Source of the DNA: Camelus ferus
Lineage: Eukaryota
NCBI RefSeq assembly: GCF_009834535.1
Contig: NC_045697.1
Span: forward strand, 80,912,001 to 80,976,000
DNA length: 64,000 nt
Reading direction: 5' to 3'
In this document: positions 38,700-52,829 of the stretch, in pieces
Position numbering within the stretch: the stretch's first letter is position 1
How the letters are laid out: every line of letters begins with the position of its first letter
Notes under the pieces: model-generated
Databases searched by the model: none
What the model was told of the DNA's origin: nothing
The model's input: only the letters and a program-made list of their open reading frames with translations
Program-made: the position numbers and the translations under genes

Positions 38700-39700
38700 T
38701 TCATAAACATTCATTCTTTTATTCAACAGATTTTTTTATTGAAAACATACTATGCATCGGGCACTATGCTCTTGTACCCTGGGGATATGCAGATACAGAA
38801 AACCATGGGAGGACTCTGGGTTTAAGAGGATTAGACTGATAGAAAACAAATTAGTTTCAGTAAGTACAATATAGTGCTGTTAATTCTGTGAGTGCTGTGA
38901 CAGAGATATGCAGAGTGCCCTGAACAGGCATTTGGAAGTGGCCATTTCTACGTGGGGACAGACTACTAGAGAGGCTTCATAGAGAAGGTAACATCAGAGG
39001 AGTCAGTGTAGACAGGGGCCAGACCACGGAGGGCTGTTTGCCATCCTAAGGAGTATGAACCATTTTCTCTTCAAGGTTGTTTTAAACAAAAGAGTGATGT
39101 GATGAGGAGAAAGCTCTCATAGTCTAGAAGGATGGATCTGAGGTGTGAGACAGGCATAACAGATTAGAAAATATTGGGTGATCTTTTTTAGGAGAAGTTG
39201 AGGACTTTACACCAAAGTGGTGGCAGTGAGATGAAGAAAAGTGATTTGTCACACAGGTGTTAAGGTGGTAGAATCTCTCAGATTCTACTGTCTCTGGATG
39301 GTGGGGATATGGGAAGATGGCATAGGGACTTAAAAGGAGAAGCACATTTGAGGACCAAGGATGATAGAGTTCAGGTTTGGACATGGAGAATATGAAGTGC
39401 TTATAGGAAATCCAACTGGAGATGAGTGTCCAGTGGATCCATTGCTCAGCAGTTCTGAGCAGAGAGGGCTGGGCTAGATAGTTAGGTAGATAAATGGATG
39501 GATGGATGGATGGACTGCTTTAGCTCTTTTCAACATATGGGTGGTTGAAAAAAAAAAAGACACAGGATGTCAGTAGGTCTTCTAGGACAAGTTCAAAGAG
39601 TAATAAAGAAATAGAGGCTTAAAATCAAAGTGTTGGGTAGACAAATAGGGAGCAGTAAAGAATGAGAGGGTACAGAGTGAAATCGGGAGGAGACTAAGGG
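38700..39700 (-). mobile_element. L2 fragments
   Basis: cattcattcttttattcaaca..ttattga..ctatgc..ggcact tail; gagaggcttcatagagaaggtaacat; gagttcaggtttggacatg. Confidence 0.65.
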
Positions 39701-39769
39701 GAGGGGAGCTTTTAGTAGCTGAAGGGGAAAAGAATTTCAAGAAGTGTGAAGGCAAGTCCTAAAATAGGG

Positions 39770-39965
39770 CGTATCAGACAGTCCTGGCCCTGCGCCTGAC
39801 TAGCTCTATGACTTTGAACTCAGAACTTAGTTCCCTTTCCTCATTTACATAATGAGGATCAAAGTGCAACGTCCTAGGGCCACTGGGAGGATCAAATGAG
39901 ATAAAGTCTATGAAGCTTAGTGACTGGAAGTTTACTGGTTTGTGTTCAGTAAGTGCTAGCTGTTT
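39770..39965 (+). mobile_element. MIR SINE
   Basis: actagctctatgactttg...tttcctcatttacataatgagga...gggaggatcaaatgagataa. Confidence 0.65.
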
Positions 39966-42457
39966 TAATGGAAAGCAGAACTTGGATTTAGTGATGAGGA
40001 GGTCTGTGGAGACTACTGGCTTTCAGCAGTGCTTGCTCTCAGGTTTAGGAAGGGTGAGTACAAGGTATATTTAAAGGTGGAAACTTGATCATATTTATAG
40101 CCTTTGGGGAGGAAGCCAGTACAATAGCAATTGAAAATTTTGAAGGGAGCAGAGAGAGCCATTGGAACACAGTCCTTGAAGGGGGAAGTGGTTGTTGCAT
40201 CAGGAGCTCTGGGGAGATGTCAGCTTCCTCAGGACAAGCCGTGTTTTCACCAGCCTGGGCGTCCATAGCATCTTTGTTGCTTTTTAAAAGCACCCGGTAA
40301 TCAAATCACAGACATTTTTAAAGTATTATTTAAGCTTTCTTGGTATTTAAGCGAGTTCTGGTTTCTTAGATAATCTAATAAGGACAAAGTGTATTTATTT
40401 TAAAAGAACCTGAAAACAAAAACAATAAAAAACAAGATAGATGATAGTAAAACTGAACAAAATATAATTTAATGTTTGATTCAGAAGGCACTTCCGTATC
40501 TTACGGGGTCTTAAAATCAACACTATGGAAAGCAAATATTAACCTGTGTAATGGAAAAGGACTGATTTGTAGATTTCTTAAAAAAATTGAGCCAACTATA
40601 GTAATATTTTAAACTATTTTTTTTCTTTAGGATTTCCTCTATTTGGATGAAGTAATGCTTTACATTAGAGATGAATATCTAAAATTAGATTTCTATTTTA
40701 ATATGTATATGGATTTTTACCTTGTCATTAGTGGGTATTTTGAAAAAAACATTTACATATATGAACTGGTTTGGGAACCAATCAACAATTGAACATAGTA
40801 CATAATGGTTACTAATTGGTTGTTAAGCATATTGGTGGTAAATTGGCTATAAATAATATCTTTTTTTTTTTTTAGTTCAAAGTAGTAAGTCTGTTTCAGT
40901 ACATACTTACCAGTATTCACCACATCCTTTATTTATATAGCAGATAGAGGAGTACATAGTTTTTAGGACTCCCAATAATTTTTTTTTTGAATAAAATGAA
41001 ATTAGATGTTCAGTATTTTTAAGGTGGACTGAATGAAGTTCATTATGTATGTAGTTTTTTATCTTTGATGATTTGTTTCCCTGAAATTCTGTAGCTACAT
41101 TTTTTATCAAGAGCTCTCTACTTTGGAGTTGAGTTTTGGTCTGTTGTGCTAACTCCCTCATCGTGGATGGTCCCACTGTTGCAGAGTTCAGTGGTCAGTG
41201 CAGGTGATATTCAGTTTAGGACTTCTGACAGTTCCATATTGTATATTCACCAGCTCAGTTTTAGACGCTGTACTGTCCTGCTCAGGACGCCCTTATAGAG
41301 ATGTCAGATGCCACATTGAAATTGACTTACATGGAGGTCAGCTTTGAATAGTGCAGAGCCCGAACAAAAATGGAACCTTTGGATTTATGAATGGCAGGGT
41401 ATCTAGGACAGCCTAGCTCGGGTCCTACTCTCTGGCTGGAAATGTATATAAGCATTAATACATTCAGATTAGACAGAAAAAATGTGTAGATAGGAACATT
41501 TCAGAGATACTGTGTATTTTGCTACTAGTGTCGTGACACTTGTCTGAATTACTAATAATGGAAACAGTCACTATATTGGTCTTATTTTGGAGATAATCAT
41601 TTCCCTTGACTTGATTTAGATAAGAGAAATGCACCTACAAGTATTCCATTTCCCTAAATAAATTTACATTGTAACTGATTTGGTAAATATTTGCCTGATT
41701 TGGGAATATTATTAATACAAATATATGTGTAAACTTATTTTGCACTTTTCAATTCCGTCTCAAATTTAATACTTGAAATATATCCAAGACACTGAGTTAT
41801 AATTTTTTAGCTATAACATTGGCTGCTACTTGCTTTATTAGTAATCATGGGGCTGATTTTCCTCCAAGCAAGATAATTTAAATAATATATTCCGATGGAC
41901 TTAAAATTGTTTTAAAAAGTAGAATCAAGTGTACAGATATGCTGAATTTTCTGTAGTATGTTCCTGAAAAAAAGTATAAAAATCAGTTTTTATGAATTGA
42001 ATATTTATAGAATTTAAAATTTTCAAGACACTTGAAAATAAGGCAATTTTAACTCCTTTAAAATATAGGTGATGGGTATACAGTTTTTTTTACATTAATC
42101 TTTATACTTTTCTGTGTGTTTGAAACAATTGACAGCCCCTCAAAAAATGGACAGTGATTTTAAAACGTATCTTATTTTAAATGTACCCTGAGCCTTTGCT
42201 GTTTAAATTAGTCTCAAAGAACATCAGGAGAATTCCCATTTTGATTAATCTGTTTTGCAAATTCAAATTTTCCTAGTTGGCTTAAGACAAATACACAACA
42301 ACAACAAAACTTGGGTGCACCCCTGTGCCACATTGTCAATATAGTTACATCCACCAAAATTTCTTAAACTTGTTAGAGATACAGGCTCAGTCTGATTCTA
42401 GACCTCGTCCCCCTCATAACATCCCTTATTCAGAAGGGAAGGCATTGACAGGGAGAA

Positions 42458-42507
42458 GTTTGTTTTGTTTTGTTTTGTTTTGTTTTGTTTTGTTTTGTTT
42501 GTTTTTT
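42458..42507. repeat. (GTTTT)n pentanucleotide repeat
   Basis: Direct reading, about 8 units. Confidence 0.95.
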
Positions 42508-45500
42508 AAACCAGTGACGGAATGAGCCATCCAGCGTGCTGCCTTCCTGCTTGGAGTGAGCTGCCCTGAGCCCAGGCTGTCCTGGCAGGACCTGCAGGCC
42601 CTTCGCTGCGGCTTCTCCCGAAGAAGAAGGCCATGTGCTTTACATAGTCTTTGCATTTGTGCTGCTGTACCCGTGGGTCATTTGTACTCCCCAGCCAATC
42701 AGGAGAGCAGGGCTTAGAGGGAAACTAGTCAAACAGGTTTGCCTGTCTATTTAGAAGGGGTGGAGGTGCAGTGAAATGTGTAGATAAGGTCAAGGGTGAA
42801 ACTGTTTTAAGGAATATTAATGTAAATCACTGACTGTTTTCTCCTGGTTTTGAAAATACTTTGGGGACATTTGTGAAAATGTATCTTAATGGAGCTAAAG
42901 TGAGAGTAAGGGAAACCAGAAAGAGAAGTAAATAAGAAACAGGAAACTAGAAGAAGATGGGGAGTGGGAATGGAAAAACTGTAGTGGAGGGAAAAAATAA
43001 AAACAAACAAGAGGGAAAGGACAAGTGTTTGAATGTCCTGTGTGGGCTTTGTGTGAACTGGGTGCATCGTGGCAGGAAACCATAGTATTGATCTGAGCAT
43101 GAGTTTAATTAAAACAAATGCCTGTTGTCCTCAGCATCCCAAAGAGGGAACACTCCACTGGCTCAGGGCTGAGGTTTCCTAGGAATATTGGTCGGAAAAT
43201 GTTGTGGTTACCATCTCTGACTCTACCTGTGTGTTGGGAATACTTAGTTCCCCAGAACAAGAGTAAAACGTTACCTTCATACAGCTCTGTCGTAGTTTGC
43301 AAATTGCTTACTCACACATTCTGTCATTTTATTCTTATTCTGCCCCCTTCAAACGTTGTTCAGTAGGTTGTCACATGTTACAAACCATGACTTAGGGGAG
43401 CAGAGCTCTGAAGTCACCAGGACGGTCTGCAGGGGATTTGATGTTTGTACCTGAGCTCCTGGCCATTCACTTTCACGTGGGAAATCCTGCCTTTCAGAGC
43501 TTCTCTTGTCCCGTTGCCTTCCTGCTGCCATTGGGGTATCAAGCCCCATTTGACCCCCCCAGGCGTTTGCTTCAGGATCTCCTCCACCTGAACTGTCCTG
43601 CCTTTTCTCCTCTGTGCTTTCAAATTCTCACCCTTCATGGTTTTGACACTGAAGTCCCACCTCAGAACGTTGGTTCTCGCTCTCTTTTACTCTTCTGTGA
43701 GTTTCATCCCCACGTATGTTCATGATCCTCTCATACTTAGTTAATTCTCCCTCTCAGAAGAGTGTGAGCTCTTAGGGGGTGGACTCTCACTCTTAGTTTC
43801 ATCCTAATACCCCGGGCAAACATGCTAATCTGAGATAAGGTACTTACCAGTAATTGAATGTACCTTCAGTGACTCATAAAGCAGCAAAGGACGAACCTAA
43901 AATTCTGTATGTGTAGTGATGCTTTTTTCCTTTTTTTTTTTTCCAAAATGGTATTATTCAAACTTCAAATGTTCCCTTTGTTTTTAAAGGAAATGTTCTA
44001 TATAGACTGCTGTCATTTAGTCACAACAGGAAAAAAAAGTTTGGTCTGTAGAAAGGTCATATTATAGGTCTTTGAACTCTTCATGGTAAAATTTATAATA
44101 ATTTAATACATTTTTCTTTTAGAATTTACTTGGGACTTCTAAACGATGGAAGTACATTCACAGCTAATTATAGGAAAGGCAGTAAGAGGAATCAATGACA
44201 GAGATAATTAAGTGTATTTAGTTTTTAGTTTGCAGTTATATTTAAGTATATCTGATGTCAAGAAACAGTATTTGGAGAGAAAACTAACTACGTGTATTAG
44301 GAAGATCTGACTTTGGAAACATTCAAATTGCTTCCTCTCCTGCCTCTTATATTCCCACCGGCCTCCCTCCCTACCCAAGACCTTTCATACCAATTAAATG
44401 GAAGCATCAGCTTAGGCAGAGTTCCTTTTTTTCCCTCTTCTGTGCTTATTTCCTCCTTTCATAATTGCCAGAATTCTCTGGTTCAGACTGTCTCATCTCC
44501 CATCTCCTTCTGGGCAGGGAAGTAGGAGTAGGAATAGGAATAAGAATAGATTTTTAAGGAATCGCTGCAGCAGAAAAATAAATGAAAAGAAATTAACAGG
44601 TTAGGTAAGACTATTAAGAAGAATCGATGCCTGAGCCTGTTATTTGCCAGTTTTAAATAATTCTTGAGACCACTGAAACGTAACTCTTATTTTGATCAGT
44701 TAGACCTTTTCTGAGCATATGCTTTGGAATGTGCTTTTTTTCAAATTTCTAAACAATAAAAAATATGCCAAAACGAGCTCCTCTGGCTGCCTGCTCCCTC
44801 TTTCTTCCGTCCCATCCGTTCTTTCTCTCCTCTACACCTGTCTGCTTTTCCAGAGATAATGTCCCTGGTTTTGGTGGGGAGTTGATTTGTTTACAGATTG
44901 TTGGGGAAGGATGTGGGTAGAGGGCATGGGGTGGGGTGGGGATGGAGTCACCACACCATCACTAGTGTAGGATCTGGTCATTTTATTCAAATCATACTCT
45001 ATAGTGATTGTCTAGCCTCCTTATGGACCCTAAATGCTTTATGCTTTCTCATCATTATCTTTACCAGTAGAAATAATTCAGCTTATTATTTTGATACTAT
45101 ATACGCGTTCCTACTCCTTTTCCTACTCTCTATTCACAAGGGTGTGGAAGGGGAGACATTTGGAAGGAGACCTGTCGAATTCCTTGAGGTTTGTGTAGTG
45201 AGCATGTGTAACACATAAGAATTACTTCAGCCATTTGTTCAACAAGCAGCCTATTATATGGTAGAACTCTTCTGCCTTAGAATCAAAATACACTAATTTT
45301 TAGTCTAGTATAAAATTTAAAGGTTTATGTGTAAAAGTTTAAGCAGGCTTTTCAAGGACTGCTGTTTTGATTTGAGATTCCCAGAATTCAAGACATAGTC
45401 AGTCTATGATCTGACATATGGCAGTGGCAACTTTGGAGAGTCTTTATACGGTACCAGTAAGAGATACTGGATTAGGACCCAGGAAACCTGAGTGCTAGTT

Positions 45501-46716
45501 CCGACTCTGCCAGTGAGTAACTAGGAGCTGGCTAAGTGATGCTTGGCAACCACCTTCTGGAGACTTTGTCCTGTTCTCTACAAATGAGATGGTTTGGACT
45601 CAGTTATCTTTAGTTTTTAAATTGGGACTCTGATTTATTTCATAGAGTTTGAAAATATATATATTTTTTTAAATATTTGGCATCATTTCATAGCAAATAT
45701 ATTAAGTTCAAATGTTTAAGTATATTTATGTTTGCAAGACTAATAACAATGGTGATGGTATACAAAAGACTTTCTCTGGACTTGCTTCATTGTGCTGAGT
45801 CTGCTTAGAAGACGCAAAATGACATTTTCACTTGTTAATAAGGGAACATCAGAGAAATGCATTGTCTTTCTGCAGGACCTACCAAAATCTTCCTCTTCCG
45901 GGGAATAATATAACTTGGCTGACTTATCTGACACTCCATAGCAACCTTCTTTTCATGATTTTACTAGCATTTTATGAGACAGCGATGGGGAAGTTTGTTA
46001 TTTGTTCACTCTCCAGGACTTGTAAGGAATTGAATAGGGAAATATTCAGAATTTTAAAAAGTTTGTTCTTTGGTTATATTTGGCCTGACATTTTTGATCC
46101 TAAACCATGTTTAAGATGTCACATAGGAATTTATTTTGTGACTCGTAATAATGTTAATGTAGATAATGTTTAAAAATCAACTTAAAGTAGTAATAAGTGG
46201 GAGAAACAATCCCATAATCTATTGATCTGAGACATTTCTGAAGCCTCAAGATTCTCTAAGTAATGATGTATTGAAAAGCTGTTTCTCCCACATGTAAATT
46301 TGTCTCATGGTGGGAAAGATGAAAATTTGATACGGATTTCCTCCACATTCACTGTGGTATTCTGCTAATTAAAATCCCAATAAAAGAGAATTATAAAAAG
46401 TCCTACGAAACCATTTTAAAACATTAATTGAACACCAGTTTTTTTAAGAAAGCATTTACCTATCAGAACTTAAAGCCTCATAAAAACTCGGCTGTATGAT
46501 TTATGAAACTTTCCTCATTTGTTTAAGGATGAGATCAGAATCAAACAAAGAGTTTCCTCATCGTTTGCTGAATGTTGATCACATGATGCAGATGCATGGT
46601 GAGAACTGGTACCAAGCTGGTCTTGAGGAGGAGCAGAAAAAGAGACCCACACTTTATCTATGTATAGCTGTATCTATAAACTGCCATTCTTTGAAATTGC
46701 AAACTTTTTTCTCTGT

Positions 46717-46899
46717 CAGTGATTCTCAAAATAGTCCCTGGACCAGCAGCATCAATATCACTTGGGAATTTGTTAGATATGCAGATTCTTGGGCCCATCC
46801 CAGATCTATAGAATCAGGAACGGAGGGCAGGCCTAACAGTCTTTTTTATAACTAACTCTCCGGGTGATTCTGATGCATGCCCAAGTTTGAGAACCACTG
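46717..46899. mobile_element. Full-length MER5A MITE
   Basis: Terminal inverted repeats cagtgattctcaaa / tttgagaaccactg; internal accagcagcatc..gaatttgttaga.atgcagattct. Confidence 0.9.
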
Positions 46900-47114
46900 A
46901 TCTGTGATACTAAATATAGTCTGTTCCAGTGTTCTCATATGATGAAATAATTTCTAATCATTTTAGGGACAAAAGAAAAATTCAGTATAAATTTCAGAAT
47001 ATTTTCCTGGTTAACTCTTTCATGGTTGGTTATAAAAACTTCAATTCATGATATTGATTATATTTTATTTACTAAATGGTTGTTCAGGGGTATTCAAGTG
47101 TTCTCAGTTCTGTC

Positions 47115-47116
<2 letters not shown>

Positions 47117-47152
<36 letters not shown>
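47117..47152. repeat. (CA)18 microsatellite
   Basis: Direct reading. Confidence 0.97.
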
Positions 47153-47155
<3 letters not shown>

Positions 47156-47252
47156 GTGCTCCTCTCCTCTGCTTATTAAAAGACAACAATAAAAAGTGGA
47201 TTGCATTAGTTTACTTTTGTGTATTTTGCTATGACTTTGTGTAACGGTAGCC

Positions 47253-47445
47253 CAGTGGTTCACAATATCATAATTCCCTGGGGAACATTTAGAAAGGAAA
47301 CAAAAAATGCCAAGACCTAGGCCTCATCTGCATAAGTTCTACTTTAATTGATCTAGGTTGGGGGGGTGGCAGGTTTTCAGGCATCTTCGGTTTTCACAGG
47401 CTCCCCAGGTGATTATAATGAGCTGTCAGAGTTGAGAGCCTGGAA
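47253..47445. mobile_element. MER5-type MITE
   Basis: cagtggttc...ctccccaggtgattataatg...gttgagagcc. Confidence 0.6.
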
Positions 47446-47664
47446 TGTAGCCATACATTCCAAGATTGCTCACCTACCATGGATCAGTTCCTTAAAAAAA
47501 TGTTCAATCTGTTGGGTCCTCTCATTATTTTAAGCAAATTGCCTTTTGTGTATGTGTGATTAAAAAATAATTTGTTTTCCAGCAGGTTATTGATATTGTT
47601 GACTGGTTGACCACGTCATTAGTCACACGTTATGACTCTATTCTAGCTTTGGGCTTTATTCTAA

Positions 47665-47850
47665 ATCCTTGCTTCCTCAGTGCAGCGCCTGCACCTGCAG
47701 CAACCAGCAACCCGTGTCACCAGAGAGCTTGTTAGAAAGAGAGAATCTGGGGTCCTACACCAGATACACTGAGTCAGAGTTTGCATTTGAATAGTACCCC
47801 TATGAAATTCGTCTTCACAGTAACAATTCTCTAGAACATTAAGTTTAAAA
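47665..47850. mobile_element. MER5A-type MITE
   Basis: caccagagagcttgttagaaa..gaatct..ccagatacactgagtcaga..tgcattt. Confidence 0.65.
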
Positions 47851-48749
47851 TCAAGGTAAATTTTAGTTTTCTTCACTGTTTTCTTAGCATCCATTGATCT
47901 GGTCTTAACTACCTTTATGAACCAAATCATATCAACCTCATTGAAACCTATTCTTAAACCCATTTTCCACTAAGCTTTAACAACTGTAAGCAATCTTCAA
48001 GGCCAATCTAATTTAATAGCCTCACTTGGCAGGTGAAGGAAATTAGTGCAGAGAAATTGAATGACTTGGCCTTAAATTACAAAGGTTATGGATTTGGGCA
48101 TCCATAGATGCATGCCATGTGTGTACATAAATATATATATACTTTTTTCCTTTAATTATAGAGACTTTGTGATAGGGTCATTTAAAGTGATATTGTTACA
48201 TATCATTACTTGAAACATGAGCTACCTGAAAAGACAGTCTTAGGTTACCTAAATATGACATATCCAAAACACCAAAATTTTAAATACACATTGACATGTA
48301 TTTAAGTTATCTAAACTAATATTAATAATACTTTACTAGTACACTAATATTTCAAATTATCTTAAAATTGTATGTAATTTGTATAATCAAGTGATAATGG
48401 GAAAGTAGAATATGTGATATTAAACTGAATGAAAATGGAAAGGTATGGCCATGTCTTTATACATTGCTAAACTTGTATGCATGTGCTCCTGAGAGATTGC
48501 AGGTACTTTATTACAGGACATTTAAAAAGGGGGACTATTTATTTTGAGTTCCTCAGGACCCTGGGGGCTGGGCATTGTCCTTTTCCGAATCCGCAGGACA
48601 GTTGAGCTTTATCAGGTCTTTGTACTGCAGATCCACACGCCTGCTGCATCTCTTACATTTCTCCTGTTGTGCATAAGGACTCATTGTGAGTTCCTTGTCT
48701 CTCAGTCTGACAGTTGAATTGTATCAGAATCTTTAGCTGCTTTTTACAG

Positions 48750-48873
48750 TTGCAGATTTTGGAATTTCTCCCCAGACTTAAGAATAGCCTGTGTGTTGAA
48801 AAGACCCCGGAATGTGCATTTTTAGTTAGTATCCTGGGTGTTTCTTTTGGACACTTGACATTTGAGAACCATT
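48750..48873. mobile_element. MER5A-type fragment
   Basis: ggaatgtgcatttttag..tcctgggtgtttct...tttgagaaccat. Confidence 0.55.
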
Positions 48874-49939
48874 TCATTAGGTGATTAAATTTATGTTTAA
48901 TGTAGTTAAATTTAATTGCCATCATCAATCATTAATTGAATACAAATAATATACTAGGTACTGAGTGCAATATCTGTTGGTATCCATATTATCCTATTTT
49001 TTCTTCTCTATTTTCTTGTGTTTCTCTTACATTCCCACCTGATGATTTTGGAGTATCCCAGGCGGGCCTGGGCCAGCTGTCACTGATAAGCCAATAGCAT
49101 CAAGTTTCTCAGTACAGCTTCACTACCTGGACTATAGATGTCTGGGAAGAGGTAACTGCAGGTGCTGGCAGTGTAGAAACGTGGTTAAGTGCAGCTGGCT
49201 TGGCGTGCTACAACAGCAACAACAGTATACAACAACAGAAACATTCCTTATCACTTCTCCTTCAAGAGGAGGTGTGTTTTGTGTACCCCTGGGCACTCAT
49301 CAAAGTCCCAAGTGCAGAATTAGATTTTTTGAATGGTACTGCTGATGGTTTTTTCCCCTCAGTACTTTGTATTTCTGAAGTTAAGGTGGGTACTTCCATA
49401 CAAATAAGTGTCTTTAATTTTTCTGAGTGAATCAAACCATTAGTTTGGTGAAGTTGCAGACTTTGAAAAATCTGAGAGTTACCTACCTTTATTTATTAAC
49501 AATTAACAGCCAACAGCCAACCGAATGTAGGTTTTTCATCCAGTTTGCACTCTTAATTAATTAAATTATGCCAGACTATCGCCAGATCACAGCTTTTTTT
49601 CGGGTGGGAAGGATTATTAACCCTCAACTGGTGGCCTTAATTTTCTGAATGATCTCTCCCTATCCCCCGACCCCAAATCAGTGTGTTCCCGTTTCACAGT
49701 GTGATTCTAGGGCACTCCTTGCTTTAGGAGTTTACTTGCAAATAGACAGTCACAATGAACTTCAGAACACAAGATATTTCTTACATGGGAAAGATAAATG
49801 TTTAAACCTGGGCCATTTAACAACTTTATAGCAATAAAGCTGACTTTTCGCCCAATTTGCCCTCAGTTACAATCTGTTTTTTCAGATTTGTTATCTTCCT
49901 CTCTTTGCTTGCTATGATAAAAGTGGATTAAAAATGGGT

Positions 49940-50155
49940 ATGAAGCTCTGCAATACACTAAATGTTAGATCTTGCTCAAGTTTTTACCTGATTCTTAGTC
50001 TCAATCTTATTCTCCTTATCTGTAAGTGGGAACAACTATTTTTGCCTTTGCGTGTTTTCTCAGGATAAAATGAGATAATGCTCATAAAGCCTGTAATGCA
50101 GGAAAGGTACATAGTACATAGTACATAAAACAGCTCTGTTTAAGAGCTGCTGTTT
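49940..50155 (+). mobile_element. MIR SINE fragment
   Basis: ttctccttatctgtaagtggga...aggataaaatgagataatgc..taaagc. Confidence 0.6.
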
Positions 50156-50169
50156 ATTAGAGAGTTTTA

Positions 50170-50725
50170 TGTTAGGATATAGGTGTCAAGATGTGGGGTG
50201 ACCTGCTCCTTCTGGCTCACCCAGGACTTTCTCAGTTTTAGCACTGGCAGTCTCACATCCTGGAAAGGCTCCCATTTCTGGGATGGCTGGTCACCCTGGT
50301 GCTGGAAACAGAGATTTAAATAACAATGGCTTCAAAAAGGTGGCTGAGTTCCTTGCAGATAATGGTTCTAATGGGCAGAAGCAGGCAGGGCTGATCTCCC
50401 GGTTCCGGTTCCGCAGCTTCGACTGAAGTATCTTTGTTGTTACACCTTTCCTGGTTTATACTTCTGTCTCATGGTCCAGGATGTTAATCATTACCATGTC
50501 CTCATTCCAGCAAGCGGGAAGGTGAAAAGTGAAACCTCTAAGGGCAAAAATTAGAAATTGCACATATCACTCTGCTTCCATCTCGTGCCCATGTTCTAGA
50601 ATTTACTTATGTGGCTAAAACCAGCCCCTGGAGAGGCTGGAAAATATCTTTAGTCTTTTTGAGTGTGGGCCAAGCTAAAGTAGAGGATTCCATTACTAGA
50701 AAAGAGAAGAAAAATATATCCCACC
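50170..50725 (-). mobile_element. Old MaLR LTR (MLT1J/K-like) with nested MER81
   Basis: aaataacaatggctt, ctcatggtccaggatg, cattccagcaag, gcacatatcactctgcttccatc, ggagaggctggaaaat. Confidence 0.55.
50194..50298. mobile_element. MER81-like hAT-Blackjack MITE
   Basis: TIRs gggtgacc / ggtcaccc; internal ccaggacttt..gttttagcactg. Confidence 0.75.
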
Positions 50726-52829
50726 GTTGTCTCTTATATGTGTATGAATGGCATTCAACAAATTCCAGTTTCCTTTCCTGTTCTAGTTAATTAATAAAAT
50801 GATCATTTTCCTGGCCATTTACAATATTGCTGTGAATATGTAGGAAGTTAACAAATAAGATGAAAAAAGACCCCTAGAATTAAAGAAAAGCTGTAATGAA
50901 ATCTATACTTTGACTTGATACTTTCTTTCTCCCATTACCCTAGAAAATTTGTCCATAAACGAGATATGTAACTAACTTCAGGGCCTCAGGCAAAGACTAT
51001 TGATTTAGAATTTTGTTCAGAATTAAAGCAATTGATATAATTACAAGTTCATTCATTTAAAATCAAAGGGGAAAAAAATGAGGCCATTAGTGGAGGTGCC
51101 TGTTGTCCAATTACATATCCTGGTGCAAAATCACAATCATAGTCATCGTTCAGTAAATCTTTACTGAGCTTTCACTATGTGCTTAGGCAATGGGAGTAAA
51201 ACAGTTATCAATTTTTACTACAGTTTCTACCCTTTTGGAGTTTAATTTGCATTAGGGAGAGAAAAAATAGATTTTTAAAATAAAATCAATATTTATTTAA
51301 AAACACTAGTAAAGTTAAAACATTTAATAAAAAGTAAAAAAATAAAAGCCTAGTTAGGCTTTACTTTGATGGATTTATTTTTTATTCTGTTTTTATTTTA
51401 CTGGATGGTATTTTCCAGAGCTTTATTTTAGAAGATATTTTGAAGAAAGATGAAATTACTCCACAATATTTCATATAGTACCAAGATTGACCTGTGGTGG
51501 CAGTTATGACTGATATATTTTCTCTTCTTATTGCAGTCCACGTAACACTAAATGTCAAGGAAACTTAAAAGCACAAAGAAGTTCATCTGTTGAGTTTGCT
51601 AGACTACATAATCTGCTTTGAGGACTAAATCATTCACTTTATTTTTCTAAATAGCCCAGTTCACCATGTACAGACATTATCTGAAATTTCCCATTAGCCC
51701 TTATTTTGTTTTTCTTAATGCCAAAACACTTTGATTAATTCCTTCTTAAAAAGATAGACTATGAATTTTTGTGCTGCTGGGATGCTACACTGTCAAAAGC
51801 TAAGTTCTTTCCCGTGGTTTGTGTGCCTGTCGCTTTCTTTTCCTAATATAGTTCATCCTCATGTATGCTTTCCAGTTCGGAGTTATTAGTGATCCAACCG
51901 CAAACAGAAAAAAACCAGGGAAATGATTCTTTCAAATGGTGGCCAAGGTGATGCCCCTACTTTTTAAAAAAATTTTTTTAATAAGTAGATGGAAATAGTA
52001 AGGTTGCCAGAAGTCTAGTATGGTGTTAGGCTCTGATATTTGAGAAAATGGGAAAAATAGGAAATCATAAAGTCTATTTGTCATCTTTAAAAATCTCAAT
52101 AGTATGTTGGGGTGTTCCTGTGTCAAGTTTCAGCCTGTGTGAACCATTGTTCCTCAGGAGCTGGAGCAATGTATAGCTAATCTAATTTTTCCTGGTGCTC
52201 TTAAGGGTTTAGAACCTTTCTTTGGGCCTTGGAGGGATCACCTTTGCAAATGAATGTTTCACATGTGCAGCATTTAGGTACAGCGCCACCCCAATATCCT
52301 TGTCATTTTGCTCAAATTAATTCATACTTAAATGTTGAATGGCTCCCATATAGTGAGGGGTGGGCATACTTACTAAAATTGGCATTGTTTCCTGTCTTGA
52401 ATGCAGGCCTAGAAAAATTTGTTATACAAAATAGGAGAAAGGGTGGTCTGATACACAAAATGAAATTTGTTTAGAGTCTTTGAATTTTGTATTTTATTCA
52501 ATATTCTGGCAGTGAGATAGAGTCAGGTAGCAGCAGCATCTCAGAAGCCAAGAGAGAATTTGGAGAAGGGGGTTCAGTAGTATCTAGCATGATAGAGAAG
52601 TCCAAGCAGATAACTGCTGGGAAAAGGGGCACTTGTATGAACATTAGGAGGTATTTAATGCCCTTGACAGTGAGTGTTCAGGCAGAGTGTTCAGGTGGAG
52701 TCAATGGCAGACTGGAATCATTTAGGGAGTGAGCAGGGCCTAGCAAATAGACTGATGTTTTAAGACACTTGACTCCAAAGGGAGAGTGAGTGTAAGGCGT
52801 GCTCAAGGGGCATGTAAATTGAATGAGTG

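Noticed and set aside
49062..49151. Possible cryptic exon (CAG|G ... GAG|GTAACT)
   Set aside because: The pyrimidine tract is separated from the AG, an earlier AG intervenes, and the donor is mediocre.
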